Sequence record: MN871441.1
Length of the DNA: 64,000 nucleotides
Direction: 5' to 3' (one strand)
Position 1 is the first letter of the stretch. Each line of letters starts with the position of its first letter. The notes under the pieces were generated by a model that made no database searches, was not told where the DNA came from, and saw only the letters and a program-made list of their open reading frames with translations. Positions 11,747-21,763 of the stretch are shown piece after piece. The translations under genes were made by a program, and so were the position numbers.

Positions 11747-13808
11747 CCAGTAAGTACATATTGAAATCTGTATATCCAAAAATGAAATTGAATGTGGCAT
11801 AACCAGATTTATTGATCAAATATACTGGTGGAATATCAACCATCGTACCTCCATTGAAATTGAAGGTGTATTTGTTGTTTTTAACCCACGATATAGTAGG
11901 TTTTTCACTAATTATGTCCGGGTCCGTATAACAATCGACATCAAATTTAAGGTTTGACATATTACCGGCAGATATCCAATTCACCCCATCTTTTCTAAAG
12001 AAGAACATGTGTCTAGGTTGCAGTCCTTGCGCTGGTTGTCTTTCTGCAATAACCTCATATCTTTTGTTCATTTCAATACCGGTATTCAACGTAGCCCCGT
12101 TATTTTCAACTATGGTAACATAAGCCTTAGAACCGGTTTTCATTCCTGCTGGGATTAGTTGACTTCCGATACCGCAATATAGCCAACCACCACCCGCGTC
12201 CGGTGTGATATTGGAACCGGAATAATAAACACCACTGGCAGGAGAAGACCCTTTAATAAAAGGTAGTTTTTCTGATTGTGGATATTCATAATATCTTGAA
12301 TTATTTGGTAGCTCATAATCTTCATACTCCGAAGATATGATATACCCACTCATTTCAGAACCAACTCGAATTTCTTCAAACTCTCGTCTTGCTAAGTCTT
12401 CTATTGTTGTACTTCCAACTAAAACCCCGTTGACATAAAACTTCATACTTGGGCTATCAATTTCCAACTTATACAAATATTCTTTATTACAAGAAATTAT
12501 TTCATTCGTGGTTATCGTTTTTCCAGCATAAGTAACAATATGCCCCATACCAGTAGGATGAGTCTTTGTTGTCATACCAATGAAAATAGTATCATCGGAT
12601 CCAGATCCAACCCGGTTTACAGGTACGTTGGTATCTGTATAAACCATTGATATAAAATAAGAAAATTTCTTACCAACTACCAATTTAGGGTCTTTTATAT
12701 ATTTTCCGTCATTATATGTGAAGTGTGGAAAACTGACATTTTCTAAATTACCATATTCAAATGCGGTAATATTTTTCTCTTTAATTCTACCTGCGATGTC
12801 CCCACTGGTTTCTATCGCGTCTTCTGTAATAAAACCCCATTGACCAAAAGAAGCAGTTCCGGATTTAACAACTACCGGTTTTTTCCTGAATACGGATACC
12901 GTNCGAACCCCNGTAGTACCAANATATTGGGATTTAACGGGCCATGACGTNGCATATACNGTTAANCTATCTATTGTGGTNGGAACAACAAAATCNTTAT
13001 AAACAAAATCCCACTGNCCAGACGTATCAAGAGAACTNACATATCCGGAAGTNACGGAAGTATTTCCGTTATATCCAATATAATATAGTCTTATTGATTC
13101 ACCAGCCGCCGCCGCTAGGTCGTCCCTATACGTCTCAAGGCTGAATCTAAGGGTTTCGCCCCAGTTAACCACCATATCAGATATAAGGGTTTTATTCATG
13201 AATGTTTTGAATTCCGCTGTTTTTGATTTTTCGTTTATATATTCCTGTTGGTCTGAGATGATATTGTTTCCATATCCTACAACACCAATATCATTGAACG
13301 TATCAAAAACAACTTCTAGAGAAACATTTATAAGCGAACTAACCCCAAATTGTTCTACCATAATCTTTTTCAGACCACAGTCATATATTGCAGCGTATCG
13401 GGTGTTCTGTGTGTTTGTTGATGGATTCCAATGATTTGACCAACCAATACATCCAATTTTTTTGAAATAGTTGTTGATTGATGTAGTTGTTATGTTTTCA
13501 CCATGAGAGATCATTAGAATAATCCCACTACCAATGGAATTGATCCAACCTTCAAACCGATTTACGTCAGTTGAATTCTTAAAATTAAAAACGTCTCTGA
13601 TTCCAACACTGAGATCGTTGTTTATACTGATACACTCAAGACCGTCTATTTCTACTGGGTTAATTGAGTATCCGTTGATAGACGCAATTTTATTTTGAGT
13701 GTCTGTTTTTGGGGATATCTTGATCTGATTTAATCCAGAAAAGTTCTCTGATAATTTATTAGACTTGATACCACCGTTTGAAATACTTGATATAACAAGT
13801 TCGGCCAT
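11709..13808 (-). CDS. gp35: Long-tail-fibre hinge gp35 with a large C-terminal extension
   Basis: First ~360 aa colinear with T4 gp35 (YAAIYD..IMVEQ..LEVVFDTFNDIG..G; SFGQWG); follows gp34; the extra ~340 aa are beta-rich (KFYVNGVLVG). Confidence 0.75.
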   Translation of the reverse strand: MAELVISSISNGGIKSNKLSENFSGLNQIKISPKTDTQNKIASINGYSINPVEIDGLECISINNDLSVGIRDVFNFKNSTDVNRFEGWINSIGSGIILMISHGENITTTSINNYFKKIGCIGWSNHWNPSTNTQNTRYAAIYDCGLKKIMVEQFGVSSLINVSLEVVFDTFNDIGVVGYGNNIISDQQEYINEKSKTAEFKTFMNKTLISDMVVNWGETLRFSLETYRDDLAAAAGESIRLYYIGYNGNTSXTSGYXSSLDTSXQWDFVYXDFVVXTTIDXLXVYXTSWPVKSQYXGTXGVXTVSVFRKKPVVVKSGTASFGQWGFITEDAIETSGDIAGRIKEKNITAFEYGNLENVSFPHFTYNDGKYIKDPKLVVGKKFSYFISMVYTDTNVPVNRVGSGSDDTIFIGMTTKTHPTGMGHIVTYAGKTITTNEIISCNKEYLYKLEIDSPSMKFYVNGVLVGSTTIEDLARREFEEIRVGSEMSGYIISSEYEDYELPNNSRYYEYPQSEKLPFIKGSSPASGVYYSGSNITPDAGGGWLYCGIGSQLIPAGMKTGSKAYVTIVENNGATLNTGIEMNKRYEVIAERQPAQGLQPRHMFFFRKDGVNWISAGNMSNLKFDVDCYTDPDIISEKPTISWVKNNKYTFNFNGGTMVDIPPVYLINKSGYATFNFIFGYTDFNMYLLDGRSSNNQKYWW

Positions 13809-13822
13809 TATATTGCCCCTAT

Positions 13823-13847
13823 GAAAAAGCCACCCCGTAGGATGGCT
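13823..13847 (-). terminator. Terminator between gp34 and gp35; same 22-mer as 34499-34520
   Basis: Minus strand gccatcc-tacg-gggtggc-ttttt. Confidence 0.75.
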
Positions 13848-13855
13848 TTGTTTTA

Positions 13856-16800
13856 TTAACTGATCCAAACAAAGTCAACAGACTTGGTAGTTGGGTTTGC
13901 TCTTATTTCTAAGAATTCTCCGTTACCAACTGCTATCCTAAGTTTATTTACGGTTGTTGTTCCATTCAGGTTAGAATCACCATTTACGGTTAGCGCTTTC
14001 ACCGAATTGATGATAAGCTCGCCTGTCATGGTATCACCACCCTTAAACACACGAGAACCAGATGTAGTATTCATATCGTCTATCACGGAATCCAGATAGT
14101 CTTTACGAATTGCATCATCAGGATCAATCGGTAATGCACTTCCTATCTTAACTTGAGCATTTACCTTTAGGTCACCATTCGATTCAAACGATGATGTATT
14201 TGATGGCGAAGATAGACCATTAGGGCGAATTTGTAATCCACCAAGAGAACCAATATTCAAACTCTCGTTTGCGTTTATGGTTATCCCACTCTTAGAAGTA
14301 TTACCCATCCATATTGGTTCCCAGACGTTGGGTTCTGTCCGCCGTTTTGAACTTGGTTGGTGAATATTGCATTACCATCCCGTTCAACAGTAAAGATCCT
14401 ATAATATCTACTGTTTTCGTCCATTGCGTTAAGGATTAATGGACCATCAATCGTGTTTACACCAAGATCTAAAAACGCATTGCTACCCTGACGTTTCCAC
14501 TGGATCATGGATACATGAGATGTAGTCGATGTTTCGTTGAGATAGAAATAAGGTCTAATCTTCTCAATAGACGGATTTGCAGTTGAAGGTATACGGTTTC
14601 CACCAACCTCCATTGCACTGGCACTTACAGCCACAGCTTTAAGTGGTAGGAAATTAGCTAATGCTGTATTCAAACCTCTCGGGGAAACCAATACATCTCC
14701 ATGTGCGTAGCCTGTTAATGCTCTTGTAGAACCAAGAATATCATTGCCTTCAAACACGGAGTTAGCAGAGTTGTTGTTTGACAATATTGCAGTAATACCA
14801 ACACCATATCTAGTATCAGTCATTCTATAACCCGCACTATTTCTAGAGCTGGTTAGAGCGGTTAACGGGGTTAGGTATTTTGTGTTGTTAGTACCGGTAT
14901 CAACCTCAGATTGAGTTGCAATTTGAGACAAACCCGTTTGGGTCGTAGTCGCTAGTCTTGCACTCAGTTTCTTTGGAGTTACGATAATTTCGTCATTTGC
15001 GGTTCCGGTCATATCGTTTNCTTCNNTCTGNGTTGCAATTCTNGCAGTACCTCGTTGTGACTCAGTAGGAATAACGATATTAAAAGATTGACCTTCCCAA
15101 ATATTACCAACTGTTCTAAGTCCCGATGTATCTAACACAGTCAGTCTTTCTCTAGCTAACCAGTTACCAAATGTTTTTGGAGTAACAAACCATTTGTCAT
15201 GTAATGTTCCCGCATCTTACTTCCGCTTGTGTTGCGGTTTCGGACAAACCCCAACGGGTTTCGTAAGGTTGCGGTTCTACTTACAAGTCCTTTTGCGCTA
15301 ACGTGTACGTTGTCGCCAGCCGGTGGTGTGTTGCTAAGTACTTCTGTTGATGTTGCAGCCCTTGACAACCCGGTTAGTGATGCTGTAGCCTGACGTCCTT
15401 CTAGGGTAGTTGCGGTTACTACTAGCGCACCAGTTGCGGTGTCAGCAGTACCTGTGTTAACCTCCCCTTGGTTGGCAATGTACACCATACCTTGTGAAAA
15501 CTCAGTTGCGTTTTTCTCAAATAGGGTTTTCGGAGTGATTACCTTGCTATGATCGTTATAATCATAAACACCTGTACCCGGAGTTGTTCTTGTGGTAGGC
15601 TTAGTTCCATTAGCTGAGACAAGAGCCGATAAACCAGTCATGGACTCTGTGGCAACTCTACCGTTAAGGGTAGATGGTGTGACCGCAACCTGAGCCCAGT
15701 TTTCACCGGAACCGGATTGTGCGTTTGCTTGACTCTGTGTCGCTACCTTCAACAAACCACGCATTGTTGTTGTAGATAGACGGTCGTTCAACAGGAACGG
15801 GCTTATTGCCACCCCGGACCATGCTTCATCGGATAGGTTTCCACTAACTGCCTTTGATTCACTATTAGATGCATATCGGGTGATACCACGCCGGACGGTA
15901 CTTGCTGTTTTGTTAGCCAATGTTTCTGCGGTAACAAAATCCTCACAATCTGGGTTTTGACCTGTCGTGATCTCTTCTTTGTTCTTGTTTACAGATGATT
16001 GAGATGCAATGGCAGCCATACCATAAAATTCTGGTACATTTCGGTCTACTCGATACGGAATCTCAGACATAGTAACAACAGACCAAACGTCTTTACCAGA
16101 ACCAAGAGCATTTGTGAAGTACACAAATTCCCACTGTTCCCCACGGTTTTGGATATCAAATGACTGAGTTTTTACGGTATTTGATTCCATATTAGCAAGA
16201 AAATCGCGGTATGCGCTGATCCGGGGGTTCATTAGAGTGTTACCATCTGGTACAAAGAAATCATTTGTACTGGATGCATCAATATTTAAAGTTAAAGTGG
16301 AACCCCTTTTCATGTATCGTGTGTCTATAAAGAAGCTATCACCTCTTGCCGCATCACGAGGGAATGTAATGTTGACAGTCGACGGAGTTTCAGTATAAAC
16401 TACTAGTCGGTCGTTTGGTTGACCTAAGTATGTGGATGTTTTGACACTTTTCCAACGACTAAGGTTGTCGGCGTCGAAAACTCTCCAAGCGTTTAGACTT
16501 GAATCAAAAACAAACATACCCCAATCAGTAGAATCAAAAACGACAGTTTTCATTGGGGTCGATCCGTATTCAACTATAATGTTGTGGCTACTACCCGGAT
16601 GAACGTTTACGGTTGTCTTTGTTACGGGGTTATTACCATCAAGATCATATGTGGTAATAGTATCACCGTTTCTGGCGTATTTTGGTAGTTGGATCTTAAT
16701 TCCACCAGTATATCTGGTTTCTCTCATCAACTGGTCACCAACAATGGATTTATAATATCCACCGGCTGGGTACGACTTGTTGCTGATAAATGATTTGTTT

Positions 16801-17375
16801 ACATCACCAGCGTATTCAGTTTGAACAAACCATTCGCTACCATTCAAAATGAAGTAGTTGGATGAATTTTTGGCTGTGATCTTATAAGAAGCCAAACCGG
16901 AAATAGTTCTTCCATTACCAGAAACATCTATGGTATAATCGTGAAGATTAGAACCATTATCTCTGATAACAATAACGTCCCCATTAAGAGCATTAGTTGG
17001 TAAGGTAAATGTTACGTCGCTACTTATGGTCTGTGCCAATATGTGATCGCCAGCAGAAAGATTCGTCAACGCTGGTGCATTAGTCGTAACCAGCTTCCAA
17101 CTTGGGTCTGTACGTACTGGTTTCCATTTTACCGGGTTGAATGCCTCGGGTGAGGTTATATCAACTTGGCTTAGGTATATGCGGTTATCATAGATAACAG
17201 CAAAGTTTTTGTCGTATGTTCTAGTTGCGTCATATAGTTGGATTGTGTTTTCTTGTACAAAGAAATCGACACTCACACCATCCATCTTTGAGTTAATATC
17301 GGGATAACCGACGTTAACTATTTTTTGACCAGCGGCATCTAAGCCGTCGGTAACGCGAAACGGAATTGAAGACAT
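13856..17375 (-). CDS. gp34: Long-tail-fibre proximal subunit gp34 (split into three ORFs by indels)
   Basis: FRVTDGLDAAGQKIVNV start, repeated ATxxExxxG..vTPxtL motifs, C-terminus TKSVDFVWIS. The frame can be restored by removing single bases near 15205 and 15255. Confidence 0.92.
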
Positions 17376-17414
17376 TTACAAGATCCTCTTGTGTTAGAAT
17401 TAGTTATCATATAT

Positions 17415-17422
17415 TATTTAGG
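17415..17422 (-). promoter_or_regulatory. Late promoter CCTAAATA (gp34)
   Basis: tatttagg on plus strand, ~40 nt upstream of the gp34 ATG. Confidence 0.8.
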
Positions 17423-17433
17423 GAGATTAACAG

Positions 17434-18369
17434 ATGTCATTATTTGACAATCCAGATCTTGGGCTAACTGGCGAACCCAATATTCAACTAATAGATTATA
17501 GCCAAATAGTAATTTCAAATTTGATGTTTTACTTCAAACCAGAAGATATCATCACACCAAAAATCATTCGTAATATCATCATCGATGCACTACGTTCTCA
17601 CGTTCTGAAAAACAAAAATGATTATCCAAATATCATTATTGCGATAGATTCCGTTGATGGATATTGGAGACGGGACGTGGCTCCGTATTATAAAAAGAGT
17701 CGAATCGCTAAAAAAGAAGAAAGTGGTTACGATTGGAAAGCTATTGGCGAAGCAATGACCGAAGTTCGGAAAGAAATTGCGCAGTACCTTCCATATAAGA
17801 CTATTTATGTTCCGGGTGCAGAAGCAGATGATATTTTTGGTGTTTTGATTAAATACTTCAAAGAAAAAGACCCAGATGTTAAGATACACATAACGTCAGC
17901 AGATGGAGACTTTACCCAGCTTCAAAGGTGGAAAGGTGTTCGTCAATGGAACCCAATGCATAAGAAATGGGTTAAACCTGAACATGGTAGCGCACAACGG
18001 GATCTCCTTTATAAAATTGTAAAGGGGGACACCAAGGACTCCATCGCAAATATCTACTCCCCGTCAGATCTTATTTATAAGAATAGTCTTCTGGAAAAAG
18101 AAGACCGAGTGAGACAGAAGTCAATTCGAAAAGAATTGTTGGCAAGTGTATTTACTGCCAAGGAACCAAAATCACTTTTTGAAGGTGATGTATTGGAAAG
18201 ATTTGAAGAAAACGAAAAATTAATTGATTTTAACTTCATACCGGATGATATTTCTGCTAAAATACTGACAGAATATCATTCTTTCAAAGTTCCAGCTCGT
18301 GGTAAAATCACAAATTACTTTATCTCTTCTGGTATGTCAGAAATGATCGGAAAAGAATCTGAATTTTAA
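17434..18369 (+). CDS. rnh: RNase H / 5'-3' exonuclease
   Basis: LIDYSQI, YWRRD..YYKKSR, EADDIFG, SADGDFTQL, KGDTKD; divergent from gp34 as in T4. Confidence 0.96.
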   Translation: MSLFDNPDLGLTGEPNIQLIDYSQIVISNLMFYFKPEDIITPKIIRNIIIDALRSHVLKNKNDYPNIIIAIDSVDGYWRRDVAPYYKKSRIAKKEESGYDWKAIGEAMTEVRKEIAQYLPYKTIYVPGAEADDIFGVLIKYFKEKDPDVKIHITSADGDFTQLQRWKGVRQWNPMHKKWVKPEHGSAQRDLLYKIVKGDTKDSIANIYSPSDLIYKNSLLEKEDRVRQKSIRKELLASVFTAKEPKSLFEGDVLERFEENEKLIDFNFIPDDISAKILTEYHSFKVPARGKITNYFISSGMSEMIGKESEF

Positions 18370-18384
18370 TTGAGGAAATATAAT

Positions 18385-18708
18385 ATGGCTCGTGAAGCAA
18401 AAGAAAAACCTATTTTTAATATCCATTCTTCTAAGCAAGAACTTATTCAACTAGTAAAAACTTGCTATGAACATCACACCAAGATCTCTATCGAGAAGGA
18501 AGGTATCAAAGCCGCTAAAGATGCAGCAAAGGCTATGGGTGTGGACGGTAAGCGTTTCAATAAGGTTCTGAAAATGTATCTTGATCAGAACCGCGACGAA
18601 GTAGAACAAGAAAACGAAGAAGCAATCGACCTCTTTGATACTCTGTTTGTTAATGGCATGAAACAAAAATCCCATGACTTCGATGATGAAGTTGAGGAAG
18701 ATGAATAA
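18385..18708 (+). CDS. dsbA: dsDNA-binding protein DsbA
   Basis: GVDGKRFNKVLKMY..NRDEVE..EEAIDLFDTLF; synteny. Confidence 0.9.
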   Translation: MAREAKEKPIFNIHSSKQELIQLVKTCYEHHTKISIEKEGIKAAKDAAKAMGVDGKRFNKVLKMYLDQNRDEVEQENEEAIDLFDTLFVNGMKQKSHDFDDEVEEDE

Positions 18709-18947
18709 TGGCTACAGAAAACGATAAGATTGAATTCTCTAAGAGAGTTGAAGAACTAGCAGAGGCTCAAGGTTTGAGCCTGCTCACAGCCTGTTTTGAA
18801 GTGGCTGACGAACAATCGGTGGAAGAGGATCAGATCCATTCTCATATCCATCCTGTTTTAAAAGAGAAAATTCGAATGGAAGCTATCAGCAACCGAGTGC
18901 TTCGAGTTGAACAAGAAAATAACTTGGACTTTCTATTTAACCAATGA
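18708..18947 (+). CDS. gp33: Late transcription co-activator gp33
   Basis: LSLLTAC..EKIRMEAISNRVLR..NNLDFL; synteny. Confidence 0.88.
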   Translation: MATENDKIEFSKRVEELAEAQGLSLLTACFEVADEQSVEEDQIHSHIHPVLKEKIRMEAISNRVLRVEQENNLDFLFNQ

Positions 18948-19609
18948 TTAAACTAATTCTCCCTCCAAAACCAATGATTACGATTGATGGGAGAAGCTGT
19001 TATCGCCTTTATAGGTCTTTAAAGACCCAATTTTCGAACCCTAAATATCAGGTGGTTAAAGGTGGTGATTGGAAACTCCTAAATACATCGGAAGCAACCT
19101 ATAATAAAATGGCGCGAAAGCACATTTATGAAAGGTTGGCGAAGAAATATAATCTGGGTACTCTCTGTGGTATAATGATCACGAATCTGTGTTCTAATCC
19201 GGATATGTGGGGTGGTGAATTCGGTGGTGAAGACGCCCACGATCATTACTTAAAAACTACCGGTAAATATGAGAGAATGAGCATAGTCTTTAAGAAAGAA
19301 ATTCAAGACTTACTCAGGAAATCAAAATCAAAAGGTGTGTCGTTCCGTGATATGATACTACCGACTGATGGTCAACCTTGGTTATTTAAATACGTCCAAC
19401 AAGACGTTATTAGCTATGAAACGATGTTGCTTTTGGATTCATTATTCAATTTCATTGATTCATATGATAAATTAAACGACCATGTTTGGCAGAACGGTTA
19501 TTCTAGCCGTATCAAAGCTTATCGTAGCTTAGTTAAAATAGATAAAGAAAAAGTAAGAAAGCATTTCAAAAAAATAATCGAAGATTACAAAGAACTAAAC
19601 AATATCTAA
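18944..19609 (+). CDS. gp59: Helicase loader gp59
   Basis: MIKLILPPKP..IDGRSCYRLY..ISYET..LLDS; synteny. Confidence 0.93.
   Translation: MIKLILPPKPMITIDGRSCYRLYRSLKTQFSNPKYQVVKGGDWKLLNTSEATYNKMARKHIYERLAKKYNLGTLCGIMITNLCSNPDMWGGEFGGEDAHDHYLKTTGKYERMSIVFKKEIQDLLRKSKSKGVSFRDMILPTDGQPWLFKYVQQDVISYETMLLLDSLFNFIDSYDKLNDHVWQNGYSSRIKAYRSLVKIDKEKVRKHFKKIIEDYKELNNI
19040..19047 (+). promoter_or_regulatory. Late-type CCTAAATA inside gp59 (could serve gp32)
   Basis: Exact motif. Confidence 0.45.
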
Positions 19610-19634
19610 AAATAATCCAAAAGGAAAATAAAAT

Positions 19635-20606
19635 ATGTCTACTGCATTTGTTCGTCGTAAAAAAGACCCGTCCGCCCTGCAAGCTCAACTGGAAGCTGTA
19701 TCTAACAAAGGTGGTTTCCAACAAGATCTGACTGAATGGAAACTGACTGTTGATAAGAAGACCAAAGAAGGCTCCGCTATCATTCGTTTCCTGCAACCTA
19801 GTGATCTGGAAGGTATGGAAGATTGGCCCACCATCGTGACCATCTCCAATCACTTTGTAGAGCGCGGTGGTAAGTACTACGTAGAAAACTGTACCGGTGG
19901 TACTCACAAGAATTACGATGGCTGCCCTGTGTGTCAATGGCGCAATGCTCAAGGTTGGGACTGGTCTAGCGAAGCTGATAAGAAAGCTGCTCGTGAAACT
20001 GGAACCAGTATCAATACCAACTACTGGGCTAACATCATGGTCATCAAAGACCCGGCTAACCCGGATAATGAAGGTAAAGTATTCAAATACCGTTTTGGTG
20101 TTACCATCCTGAAAATGATTCAAGCCGCTGCCGCTGGTGATGAGGAAATGGGTGAAGCCAAGGTTACAGTTACTGACCTTGATGAAGGTGCTAACTTCCT
20201 GCTCCGTTCTACCAAGAAAAACGAGAAGAATGCCACTCTGGAAACTTCCAAGTTCCAACCAGTAAGCCCGCTTCCGGGTATCGAAAAGCCGGAAGTTCAG
20301 AAGGCAATTTTGGAAGGTATGCAAGATCTGCGTAAGATTGTAGCACCTGACCAATTCAAGCCTTATGATGAACTCAAGAAGAAGTTTGATACTATTATGG
20401 GTGTTCGTGGTTCTACTGCTTCTGCAAAGAAAGCTGATCAAGAACTCGATTCATTCGAAGCGGATATGAAAAACTTCGAAGCAAGCACCACTTCCAAACC
20501 GGAAGTAAAGAAAGATGATACCGACGAACTGGCTAAAGCTGTGTCAGAAAGTGTAGGTTCCTCTGATGGTGATGACGACCTCGACGCTCTGTTGGCTGGT
20601 CTGTAA
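19635..20606 (+). CDS. gp32: Single-stranded DNA-binding protein gp32
   Basis: AIIRFL, Zn ligands NH..C..CPVC, YWANIMVIKDPANPDNEGKVFKYRFG, acidic tail DLDALLAGL. Confidence 0.98.
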   Translation: MSTAFVRRKKDPSALQAQLEAVSNKGGFQQDLTEWKLTVDKKTKEGSAIIRFLQPSDLEGMEDWPTIVTISNHFVERGGKYYVENCTGGTHKNYDGCPVCQWRNAQGWDWSSEADKKAARETGTSINTNYWANIMVIKDPANPDNEGKVFKYRFGVTILKMIQAAAAGDEEMGEAKVTVTDLDEGANFLLRSTKKNEKNATLETSKFQPVSPLPGIEKPEVQKAILEGMQDLRKIVAPDQFKPYDELKKKFDTIMGVRGSTASAKKADQELDSFEADMKNFEASTTSKPEVKKDDTDELAKAVSESVGSSDGDDDLDALLAGL

Positions 20607-20612
20607 GAATTC

Positions 20613-20640
20613 AAAAAGAGACCTTCGGGTCTCTTTTTTA
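20613..20640 (+). terminator. cUUCGg terminator after gp32
   Basis: aaaaagagacc-ttcg-ggtctctttttt. Confidence 0.9.
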
Positions 20641-20641
20641 G

Positions 20642-20671
20642 TTTACAACGTATGAAATTTTGTGATAGAAT
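20642..20671 (+). promoter_or_regulatory. Early (sigma70-type) promoter
   Basis: (G)TTTACA-18 nt-TAGAAT with TGTG upstream of the -10. Confidence 0.75.
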
Positions 20672-20696
20672 GAGTCAAAACATAATGAGGTTTAAA

Positions 20697-21299
20697 ATGA
20701 AAAGTGTATTCTTAACAGACATTGATGGTGTATGTGTTTCTTGGCAAAGTAATCTACCGTTCTTTGCGGCTGAACATAACTTACCAACCAATGTCATCAT
20801 TGAGATGATTCAAGATGAAAAATTCCGCCCAATGAGCGAGATATTCGACTGTTCTCCTGCATTTGGTGATCAGCTTCTTAGGAAATATAATGAAAGTAAA
20901 TGGATTCGTGGACTCAAACCTTATAACGACGCGCTAAAATTTATCAACGAAAATAAAGACGAATTTGATTTCGTTGGTATTACTGCTTTGGGAACTAAGT
21001 TTGAAGTTGCTGCAAACCGGATGTCAAACCTGAACGTATTGTTTCCCGGTGCGTTTCGTGAAGTTCTGATCTGCGATCACAACGAAAGTAAAGAGAAACT
21101 GTTTGAAGAGGCGTTTCAACACTATGGAAACCGGATAGTAACTTATGTGGATGATCTACCTCATCACTGTGATATGGCTCGTAAGGTTCTAAATGACCGT
21201 TGTGGACTCAATATTCCAGTTTATGAAATGAACCGCCGTAATAGCGACAAATCCGAATTCGTAGTTAACGATTTCAGTCAACTAGTAGGTAAAATTTAA
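20697..21299 (+). CDS. 30.2: HAD-fold hydrolase, T4 gp30.2 homologue
   Basis: LTDIDGVCVSWQSNLPFF..MIQDEKF..NLNVLFPGAF..YVDDLPHHC, very close to T4 30.2. Confidence 0.9.
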   Translation: MKSVFLTDIDGVCVSWQSNLPFFAAEHNLPTNVIIEMIQDEKFRPMSEIFDCSPAFGDQLLRKYNESKWIRGLKPYNDALKFINENKDEFDFVGITALGTKFEVAANRMSNLNVLFPGAFREVLICDHNESKEKLFEEAFQHYGNRIVTYVDDLPHHCDMARKVLNDRCGLNIPVYEMNRRNSDKSEFVVNDFSQLVGKI

Positions 21300-21760
21300 T
21301 GCAATATGAAGTAATTTGTGATGAAACAAATAATCCGATGTTAAATATTCAATCCCCGGTTCCAACCTATTCTGTACCTCGTCGTGGGTACGTTTTTGTG
21401 CATCGGGGGATCTCTGGTATCTATGCTGGTATTCAGCTTGCACATGCACTCGCACGACTTGTACATGATCAATACGCAAATACTGATATGATTGAGTGGA
21501 TCCAAAACCACGAAACTCTGGTTGCTCTGGATGGCGGTAATTCCGATAACATGAACCAGATTATGGGAATTTTGTATGGTGCTGATAATGTGTTTGCATC
21601 ATTTAATGAACCAGATATGAACAATATGGTTACCGCAATTGCATATGTTCCCTCCGAGGATGAAATGTTGGATATCGAATTCTATAAAAATAACAAGGAA
21701 TTGATCCCAACAAACCCAGTAATCGATCTCCTTATTAAAACTCGTACTCATAAAGGTTGA
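21299..21760 (+). CDS. Peptidyl-tRNA hydrolase 2-like protein
   Basis: YVFVHRGIS..GIQLAHA..TLVAL..FNEPDMNNMVTAIA pattern of phage Pth2-like proteins. Confidence 0.6.
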   Translation: MQYEVICDETNNPMLNIQSPVPTYSVPRRGYVFVHRGISGIYAGIQLAHALARLVHDQYANTDMIEWIQNHETLVALDGGNSDNMNQIMGILYGADNVFASFNEPDMNNMVTAIAYVPSEDEMLDIEFYKNNKELIPTNPVIDLLIKTRTHKG

Positions 21761-21763
21761 TAT

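Noticed and set aside
15195-15260. Programmed frameshifts in gp34 (also rnlB ~31382, wac ~55240, gp15, gp14, uvsY)
   Set aside because: No shared slippery motif; single-base insertions and deletions are scattered through essential genes, consistent with consensus error.
19566-20441. Long antisense ORFs (19566-20441, 37996-38670, 45468-46208, 58978-59760, 31944-32633, 30638-31465) as overlapping genes
   Set aside because: They are shadows of strongly codon-biased real genes, with no SD, promoter or recognisable domains.
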